Shown piece after piece: positions 1-10,600 of a stretch of 64,000 nt of DNA. The translations under genes and the position numbers were made by a program. The first letter of the stretch is position 1, and every line of letters starts with the position of its first letter. The DNA is from Oopsacas minuta (Eukaryota > Animalia > Porifera), in the NCBI GenBank assembly GCA_024704765.1, contig JAKMXF010000122.1:643068-707067 (forward strand), given 5' to 3'. The notes under the pieces were generated by a model, which was given only the letters and a program-made list of their open reading frames with translations, was not told the DNA's origin and searched no databases.

Positions 1-703
1 ATTAATAGCAATTATTGTATTTTGAAACAAAACCACAGTTTGGTGACAATCTTTGATAATTAATTTAAAAACAGTATCTTAGTGTCCAAAACAGGAAAAA
101 TACCAGCGGAATGCCGTTATTGTTCCCTGCTTTTGAAAATTAAATCTATAAATTATCCCAGTTTCAGGAACAAATATCTAGGAAATTCAAGAAAAAGTAT
201 CATTTAGCAGGTTTTAGGTAGAAATCGGGAGGGCTGATATATCTTTAATTCTTTGGAAAAACAAAATAGAAAAGTCGTCTCTACATTATCTATTAAGCGA
301 ATACTGCCGAGAAAATGTGTGATTTTATGACTTCAAAAAGGTGCTAAATCTCGTTCTAGATACGAGAATTGGTTAAAACGAAGTGATGAAATTTAGTATT
401 TCTTTTCTTCACGAAAGTAAAACTTCAGCTATGATCGGCTAAAGCTTCAACAAACGTAATACATTTCCATAGCAAACATTCCATCATACCAACCATCGTT
501 TTCAAATTTATTGCTCCACTTTGTATTAAATACAACTGTCTAGCATTCAAGACACTGATTTGTTTGTAGATAGGGTTTCACACTGTAATTTTCATTGGGG
601 GAATTAATTCTATTGAGGTAAAGTACTATTGTGTGAAAGACTGTTTCATTGTCATTCTTCTATTTCCAAATAGTGCTAATTCAAAATATATTTGCTCTGG
701 ATT

Positions 704-1512
704 CATGGCCTACTATATACATGGCTAGCTAAGTAAGGAATTGCCAAAAGAATTTCCAGGCCATTGATTATATTCTCTGAGATGATGAAGAATTGCAGTT
801 ATCAATACAAATTCAAACATATATAGGTTTCCACATATGGTGGAGACATCTAGAATACTTTTGAACTTGCTTTCCAAATTAATGTAACCACAATGACGCA
901 ATCAAAGTTCACCTTCAATAATGGAAAGTATTTTAGAAATAAGTACAAATATTATCGAAACAACCACAAATCTCATGAAAAGAATCATGATTCGTATTAA
1001 CTTAGCACAAAAACACAATAGAAAGACTAATAAATAAACTTATAAAAATGGTTAACCATTATGACTTATTTTGTGTTCGCATACATTTTGATGGAATTTC
1101 TTCGATATTCTAGAATTGACTTTTAATGTTGATTTTCGACAAATATCACAAAAAAGATTATTTAATGAGTGTTTATGAAAAATGAAGATCATCTTTTTGT
1201 TACTTGAACTATCATTTAACAAGTAGAAGGTATTTTGATAAAAATGATTAGTTAAAGTTTTGAGTGTTTCTGAAAAAATTGATAAAAATGAACAAATACG
1301 GGCATGAATTTTGATTGCGTCATTGTGGTTACATTAACTTGGAAAGCAGGTTCAAAAGTATTCCAGAAGTCTCCGCCGTTTGTGCAATCCTATTTACAGT
1401 TAAATTTGTAATGATAACTGCAATCCTTCATGATCAAACAGAATATAATCAATGACCTGGAAATAATTTTGGCAATTCTTTGCTTAGCTAGCCGTGAATA
1501 TAGTAGGGCATG
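704..1512. mobile_element. CATGGCC-ended long-TIR MITE family 1 (P/Galileo-like), copy 1
   Basis: ~205-bp TIRs starting CATGGCCTACTATATAC; no TSD at this copy. Confidence 0.85.
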
Positions 1513-1679
1513 GTACAAACTTTGAGAATTTTTGGCTCGTATAGTGCATTTCGTCGTATTATAGAAGTCTTCAGGATTTTACAGGTGTCGGTTTATGCGG
1601 GTCCCATTGTAGATACAAATACCATAAATATTTAACACAGGTAGTAAAATATAGAAGTATATCAACAAAAGGAACTCAC

Positions 1680-1865
1680 TTGTTGAAAAATCTTCATCAA
1701 CAGTAACATTATAACTTGGAAACTCAAATCTAGGCACATTGTCGTTCAAATCATTAATAGAAATCGTAATGGTTGCGGAATCTGACATCACAGGAGAACC
1801 TTGATCTCTAGCTTCAATGGTAAGTGTGATTTCCGCAAAATTCTCCCGATTGGGCAAGGAAGCGC
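1680..1865 (-). CDS. Gene B exon 10 (last visible in window)
   Basis: ASLPNRENFAEITLTIEARDQGSP...INDLNDNVP...DFSTS|gtgagt; phase 1/1. Confidence 0.88.
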
Positions 1866-4591
1866 CTATAGAAACGGAATTTAAGGAATAAAATAATCAA
1901 TTCAGTATTATTACTATGACTCTCTTAGTCGAGGAATAATCAAGGAAGAAATAATATTTAGCCCTAAAGATCATTATACAGAATAAGTAATTACTCTAAA
2001 GTCAACTAGGTGATCACAATATCAGGAAATAATTCATGCCAGGTTGAATCCTGTCGCTAACAATTGTCCCGTGTATAAATAATAAGGCAGATATTATAAC
2101 TTTTCAATTGAGTTACTGGATAGATGCGAAATAAAACTTTATAGAATTGTTTAAGTGGCATTATTCATTGGAGGCACTATGAAATGAAGATAATGAAACA
2201 GAGCCTACTCCAATATCAGGCCTGGAAACTTCTTGTGAATTTTGGAACAGGGATGCAGCCGGAGATGAAGGTATTTTACGTCTAGATTCAATATTGCAAA
2301 AACGGTGCATTTTTGCCAGAATAAATGTATTGCATATATGTAGAAGAATTATTTTTCAACCTATACTCTGAAACGCCAGAATCTGTATATGTGTATATGT
2401 CACGGTCCAAATTGAGTACTTGGCGCCGCCAAATTAAGTAGGGTTAACTAAAGTGGAAATATATTTGTGTAATTACTATTCAACATACATACCAAAGTTA
2501 GCTAGATGCTACTGGGCTGTTAGGCCTATAATAACAGTTGTGCTATCACGCGACAGTTACTGCGCTATTTCTAACTAGTTACTATAAATATGTTGTTGTG
2601 TTTGCGTTTGTTTCATCTGGACCAAATCAATATACTCTTCCTTTTGTCAAATACTAAAGATATTTTCGAAGTAGAGCTTTAGTAGCTCAATCAATTTACA
2701 TTTGGTGGGAGAGAGGACAGAGATGAGATTATAGAGAGCTACAGAGAGGAAACAATGTCTAAATATAGTTAAGAAACTTGCATTTGTTGTACAAAATAGC
2801 ATATTTCGCGACCACATGATGATTAATCACATAATTGACCAGATATGTGTGTATATACTTTGAAATTACAGTAGAACTCGGATAAGACGTACTCGGCTTA
2901 AGACGTACTATTTCTTGCATCCCAAAATATCAGTCATCATTATTTGTAATGCAAACATATTCGGATCAGACGTACACTCGGTTAAGACGTACTAATTTCT
3001 GTTTCCCGAGGGGGTACGTCTTATCCGAGTTCTACTGTATGTAGATAATACATTCATAAGGCCTATCACACGTATTTTCAGTTTATCACCTTTACAAATT
3101 TCTAATCTTCAAAAACTGGACTCTTCTTTTTAACCATGATTCGGCAGCATGTAGAGCCGTATTATAGGAGGTCATGAGTACAATTATATATTTTTCCAAC
3201 CCATTTGAAAATAGATAAATGTACTTCAAAATTTAATTTAAAATAAGAATTAAAATTGACCAATCACATAGGTAGCGAATGTGAGCCAGACATCCTTTAC
3301 AGATAAGTATATGGATCATTTAGAATCTGGTCAGATATATAGCTTTTTCAAAATTCATAAAGCATATTGTCCAAGCGACAACCCTCCAGGGGATTGAGAG
3401 CCAAGCTAGCAAAATAATCATTTTTTGTGTTTTTAGTTTACTTTTATAAGATTTTTGATAAGGGCAGTTTAGACTAAGGCAAGAAATAAACGATTTTCAT
3501 TTCTTTTACTATTTTCCTAGATTTTGTGGGTATCAATTCACAGTGGTTTGAATGCAAAGAACAGACAAAAAATATATTTCATTTTTAATGGTTTAAACTC
3601 GTTCTTGGTTGTTTGAATAGTGTGAATTTCAAATTTCAATTCGATCAAATACACATAGGTCTTACAATTTGAATTTAAAGAATCAATCAAAAATAGTTCT
3701 ATTTGCGGTTTCAGTGATGCTAATATTAGCACCAATTTAAGTTTACTTGAGAGCGTGACAGAATTCTCCGAATCAAATTTATTTTATTTCCTCAACACAA
3801 TTCAGTTATGCTAAATCTGATTTCTCATTTTCGTCAGTGTCTCTTTACTACATTTTGATTCAAAGTTGATTTGATTAATGATACTTTAGAGGTACAATAT
3901 TTTTTAAAAGAGAACTTCCAAATGGCCACAAATAAAAACACCACAAAACACCACTTAGAAATTAATTCCAAAATGACATTATAATATCCAGAAAGACAAA
4001 TTAAAATGATACGCCCGAAACAGTGTGCAACATGAAAACTTTCAGCGAATTCCATTGTCACCTTTTTGTTGCTATGCAATTTACTTAATGGTTAATTATA
4101 ACAAAGTATTTCAATATGCTAAATTTATCTACTCGATTGCTGCATTCCAATTACCACGAAATACAATATATAAATATAAGATTAATATGACATTAACAAA
4201 TTGAATTTGCTAATAATCACCCATTTCTACGCTTTTTTCAATGGCTCAAGAACTAACTTTCCCTAACTCTCATCTTGAATTTGCGAAGATTTTGAAGACA
4301 ACAACAACTGTATCTCGACGACACTCAGTTTCTTTGAGCAGAACTTTCAAATGGATTTCGAAGAAAGGAAACAATTGGAAGCAACGCTCCTCCGAGTAAG
4401 AAGCAGGATCAGGAAGGCAAAGAAATCGCTAGATTGCTTAGAGGGAGATTGGTGACATTGTGGTATATCCATGGAACTAGAGTTGAAGAGGAACCGTTTT
4501 TATGATACCGTTGAGCTGTCCTCAGATGATGAAGAAGTCATATCCACACTCTCTGCAAACCATAGGAAGAGTATTGACAATCTCACGATGC

Positions 4592-4635
<44 letters not shown>

Positions 4636-7600
4636 CGCTCACGACTCTCAAATGTCTTGGAATCTGTCAAAGCACTCTCAATCATTGAGAATACTTCAGA
4701 AATCAAGATAGCTGCACTTGCCTTTCAACTACTATCGAACCAAACAAAACAGCGAGAAATAGCTAAAGTTTCAAAATCTGTAGTCTATGACAAGTTTTCG
4801 GGTCAATTCGGTAAATTGTTGAAGAAAGAGCTCGATGTTACCAAGACAGTGTTCCTTGTAGATCTCCTAGAAATTGGCAGTAGGAAATACACACAACTCC
4901 GACATCACTTGCTATCTAGCGATAGAAGTTTCCCGACAAACTATAGGGTAGTAGAAGAAAGAAACAGCATAATTTTACAGTCGGATATCCAGATATATCC
5001 CAATCCTGAAACTCCACTTGGTGTATATATGCCATATGCCCATCACGTCCGCCATACTTTTTGCAGGCTTATGTCCACGCTACCGCCACCTCCAGCTCAA
5101 GATTTTCCCCTACAATTCCAGATAGCAGACGGACTAGATGGCTCTGGAAGTCACACTGTATATAATCAATCAAACACGAATACAGATACTAAGTCGTTTA
5201 TCTTATTCTGCTTCAGGGCTGTAAAGATAATAAGCAATAGCGGCCGCGAACTCTGGAAATATAATACTCCTAATTCTCCTTTTGCTCAACGTCTGATTTT
5301 CCTTCTCGCTGCGAAAGAAAACGAAGCTAATATCAAGCGATTTATGGACGATCTAATCAATACTGATACTGATGTGATGAGAAGTGAAGGATTTACTCTT
5401 GGCCTTGATCAGCAAGTAGAGTCGACATTGTTCGATCAATGCTTGATGGGAAAATGGCAGGAATTCTACCTGGGGCAGGTGGGGCAAGTTGTGAATTATG
5501 CACAGCAACACATAAGGAACTCAGTGATCGTGAGTTGATAGTACAGGGATTTCCTATCAACAGGCACATTACTGATGCAATTCAACTTTTCGGCGAAAGA
5601 GAAGACAGCCATTCGTTTTTCTCACTTCCTTCAAACCAACGTTGTAACATAACGCACGAACCAACCTCAACAATAAACATCCTTCCAGCATCTCCGTTAC
5701 ACTCGTACACTGGCATTTTCAGGTGGCTCAATCTACTAATTTATCATTTGAAATGTGGAAAACGTACATGGTCACCGACATCTTTGGCGATAAAAAATTC
5801 TATGATATTTGTCAGAAATCTGATTGAAGAGAAGACAGGAATGAGGATAGATCAGCCAAATGGAAGTGGAGGTACTAGCTCTACTGGTAGTGTAGCTCGT
5901 CGAGCATTTTCCTGTGATTCGAAATACATTGAGTGTGTATTGTCAGTTGTTGAAACAGAACACAAAGAAACACTTTCAAAACTACATACACACTTGTCAG
6001 CTATTCTTCGAATAATCAATTCAGACAGGATCATTAACACCGAGGTCTTTGGTGATCTATGCACTGATACATATCTCTTGATCGTTGATTCATTACCTTG
6101 GGTGAGCATTACCCCAACATTACACAGGGTATTAGCTCACTCAGAAGAAATTTTGAAAGAGTTCAACCTTGGGCGAGGTCTGAAAAGTTTCTCTGAAGAG
6201 GGATCCGAGGTATGCAACAAGTTACTAAGATAGTATAAGGAGAATCTTGCAAGGAAGTCTTCATTTGAAAATAATGCAATGGACATTTTCGTGAGACCGG
6301 CCTCTGAAAGTGACCCTGTATTGATTCAATTTCGTTCAAGTTTAGTTTGTGAAAGGTGTGGGGAACACGGCAACACAAAAAGAGCAAAGTGTTGTAGGGA
6401 TAATACCGAAAGTAGATTACTGGATTCTTCCATAGACGAAATTGTTGATTCACTTATAATTAATTCATAGATTTATTAAAATGTTAAATCTATATCACTC
6501 CTATCCTAATACTATACAGGGTAATAGTATATATACTGAGTAGGAGATTTTTCTTATGAAGTGGAAATTTCTATGAGTTATATTAAATAATTCTTTAAAT
6601 GTGACGTCATCATAATATGCGATGACGTCATATCCAGAAATCTAGAAGCCATAGAATAAATTTGATTACTTCATTCGATTCCTCGGAAACGATAACCTAT
6701 TCGTAAATAATGCATTACATATGGCTATCTAGTACTATAATACCTATTCTTTACTAACTCCCATTGTAAACCACTGTGGCAATTAATGTACACAAAAAGA
6801 TAAATTGAAGTCAAATTTAATAGACTTGTAGTCATCTATGGTTGAGTACAATGAATAGGCTTTAGTTTCTTGGGCTGTGACCTTGAGTGAATACTCACCA
6901 AATCTTTAATGAGTCCGTCAATAGAGGATTTGGTTTTTCACCGTTGAACTAAATTAATTACTTCATTTTGAAATATATGCAAAATATGTGAAATTATAAT
7001 GAAAACATATTATATAAAAGTACTATAATAATGTATATCTGAAAATTGGTATTAAATAACACCTGGCTGCACAGCTAAGAATAGCGTTAACCCTGAAATA
7101 AATCTCAGATCCAGGAGCCCCAAATTATTCAAGGGTAGTGTAATGCGGTATCTACGATGGGGATCGGGGAGGGCTAAGCAACCCTAAAAACAACAAAGAA
7201 ATAACCCTAAGCCGCACTACCAGTCTGCGGCTGGACATTTTAACACGAATAGGTATTTCCATTGTTTAGAATTTAGTTCGAGGGATATCAATTCCAAAGA
7301 GCTCCAATTGGAATCTCGGAGCCTCAACTACTTTTGCTTTCCCGCCAAAGAACTTTGGTTATGAAAATGAGGCAATATAAAAAAGGAACTCACCGGTTTG
7401 TATTATACCAGTCATTTCATCAATGACAAAGAAATCTGAAAGAACAGAAATTACAGGAAAAGAATCAACAATGAAATACTTGACAATATTATTGGGAGCA
7501 TCTCTATCCATGTCTTTTGCAACAAAAGTAAAGATAATAGGAGTAGCAGTGTTCTCATCAATGGATACTTCGACATGAGAAATCAGAAAAATAGGTGAAT

Positions 7601-10600
7601 TGTCATTAAAATCCAAGACATTAATAGAGACAAGCGCGATTTCACTCAAAGGAGGTAATCCGCTGTCAAATGCAACTATAGAAAAACGATAAACACTAAG
7701 AGATTCAGCATCCAAAGCTATCTGGATTGAGATTTCCCCGGTGGTGGAGTCTAGTTGAAAATAATCTTCATTGTCCCCAGTTTTTACATATGTTACAGGG
7801 CCAAATATAGATGTATCCACATCTGAGGCTGCCACAAAACCTAAAAGAGACAGAGAATACAAAATTAACGAATAAAGTCAATGGATAAAGTCAAATAGAG
7901 GGAAGGTTCAGGGTCAGGGCGTATAATCACAATAAGGGCCTACTTAATATACAGATGTGTATGTCCCCGCCGAGAAGGCTTGAAGAAAGAAGGCCAACTG
8001 GAAAATCTTGATAGAGCTTAGCCATGACTTAGCTAATGGTACCTTGGACATTTGCATACTAATGATAAATCACCAAATAATTCAATGCAGCTTAATAATT
8101 TTAAATAGATATGTAGAAAAATAATAGAAGTATTCTAAAAGACTAAGTTATATTACTTCTATTTTAGGCTGCCATGAAAACAAAAGATTTTTTATATATT
8201 TCACCCACTCATAATGTTTACAATATATTCTTTTTCATTCATATTATACTGTTGTGGGTGGGATAAAATTTCTAATCAATTAAATCCCTACTACTGATAT
8301 AACGACTCTCTATACAAATTTTGTGAATTGAACCTCTGGAAGTCAGTTATTTGGTCTAAAAGACAGTTTTCCATAATCGCCAAAAATTTCAAATAATGTT
8401 CCATAATGATAAACTCATCCAAGAATTCATCATATATCCGAATAGGAGTAATTCCTTGTCAAACCATCCATGGCCTACTATATACACGGCCAGCTAAGCA
8501 AGAATTGCCAAAATAATTTCCAGGCCATTGAATTTATTCTCTTTGATCATCAAGAACTGCAGTTATCATTACAAATTCAACTAGAATTAGGATTCCACAT
8601 ATGGTGGAGACATCTAGAATACCTTTGAACCTGATTTCCAAGTTATTTTAACCACAATGACGCAATCAAAGTTCACCTTCAATAATGGCAATTATTTTAT
8701 TAATAAATACCAAAATTATCGAAAAGCCCACAAATCCCATGAAATAAGTCATGATTCGTATTCATTTAGCACAAAACACAACAGAAAGACTGTATTAAAT
8801 AAACTTATAAAAATGGTTAACAATTATGACATATTTTGTGTTCGCGTACATTTTTGATGGAATTTCTTCGATTTTCTAAGAGTGACTTTTCATGTTGTTT
8901 TTACGGCGAATATCATTAAAATAATTATTTATCGTGTGATCATGAAAATGAAGATCATCTTTTGGTTAAAGATGATCTTCATTTTCATTAAAACTAACAT
9001 TTAACAAATAGATGATATTTGATAAAATGGATTAGTTCAAGTTTTGAGAATTTCTGACAAATTGATAATAATAGAAAGATTACCACATATGGGCATGAAC
9101 TTTGATTGCGTCATTGTGGTTAAAGTAACTTTGAAAGCAGGTTCAAAAATATTCTAGATGTCTCCACTGTATGTGGAATCCAATTTACACTTGAATTTGT
9201 AATGATAACTGCAATCCTTCATGATCAAAAATAATAAAATCAATGGCCTGGATATTATTCTGACAATTGTTTGCTTAGCTAGCCGTTTATATAGAGGCCA
9301 TGAACCATCTAATGATTTCACCAACCCTCTTCGATTGGTTTGGAACTATGCACACTGTAAGTCTGTTACTATTCCATTGTATCCTGAAAGTTATAACACA
9401 GTACATTTGCTCACGACCAATTCATCCTGCACACATATAGCATATACCTGAGTTTCCATATCCTGATAATACAGCTTAATATAATATCTCTGAAGATTAT
9501 GACGCAATTTTAAAAATGACAATATATGGAATTATTGATGACTACGAAAGTTGCATTGGAGATATCCTATGAAAATGTACTATCAGTGTAGGGAAGTTGG
9601 GTATATACGTAGTATATGTGTGCAAAATGATTAGGCCATACCGTTGAGGGTTGTCGAGTTATTGGTGAACATTGGCAAAATATGCATCCATGGTCATTAC
9701 TGCAACTCTGAAACGCGCTCTTTACAAGCTCCCAAATGGGCCATTTAGGTGAAAAAATAGAAATCTGGTGAAGTAATTTCGTCCTGAAAATATTTGTAGA
9801 TATGGATCGTGTTGATAGTTGATTACCGCTAATAGATTTAGTCTGCCAAAAGTGTACAATACTGATAATAGGAATTTAAGATTTCCTATGCACTTCATTG
9901 CAATATATCGCTGTGGCCGGTCCAAAGTTTCAATAGATTCCTTACCTTAGTATATAGAAGGCTACAGGGGGCGTAAACTTGGGGTATGCGGCGGGTGCCT
10001 AGCACCCTGGCATTTTCAACCGAACTAACCCCACAGACTCAATTTAGCAGGTAGCGAGCGAAAAATTTTTAAGACAAGTAAGGTTTCCTACTGTTAGCGT
10101 CTGTTGTCATTCCAAGAGCAAATCTTGCCTGGCGTTGCTCATTCCCCATTACGAATTTATCAACAAACTGTGATTGGTCAAGTGTATCGACGATGTTATT
10201 GTACAAAGAGAATATGCACAAATGGATCGTCGTCCCATATAGTGTTTCAGGCGCCGGAGCACAGAAAAACTTCTTTCGGCTCCACAAGAGGTAGATGGAA
10301 GAGTCAAATACATCATCATGATCTCACAGAATGAATAATTTATTCATAAAAATATATACTAGGGAAAGAACAAAGTGTCGTGGCACCCTGTGTATTTTGA
10401 CGAAGTTTACGCCGGTGGAAGGCTATGTATAAGCGAACATGTCAATAGGCTCCCATGTACAACTTCCCCTTCAATAGTAGTACATATTTCAAGACTAAAT
10501 CAGCTGTTACCGAATATTTAACAAAATACCACATATATACGTGTGAAAAAGTGTGGTAACCGAAAAAATAAAACCAGAAATCATCAAATTATGTCACTAT

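Larger units (their letters stand above)
3539..6778 (+). mobile_element. Transib/RAG1-like DNA transposon (decayed, 3240 bp)
   Basis: Inverted termini CACAGTGGTTT (3539-3549) and AAACCACTGTG (6768-6778); flanks tcaatt|...|gcaatt; encloses a RAG1-like transposase. Confidence 0.85.

Noticed and set aside
3539-3573. A true 12/23 RSS
   Set aside because: The spacer to the A-tract is 19 bp and the other end has no nonamer; kept only as a heptamer-bearing TIR.
3538-4079. Minus-strand ORFs 3538-3735 and 3834-4079 as RAG2-like
   Set aside because: Low-complexity AT-rich frames with no kelch or PHD pattern, and the wrong position for a tail-to-tail RAG2L.
4500-4706. Poly-Cys ORF (minus) and poly-Asn ORF (plus, 4502-4711)
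   Set aside because: Alternative readings of the (CAA)15 tract in the transposase.
4471-6470. Functional domesticated RAG1
   Set aside because: Frameshift ~5419 and stops at 4453 and 6231; TIRs are still present; no RING domain.
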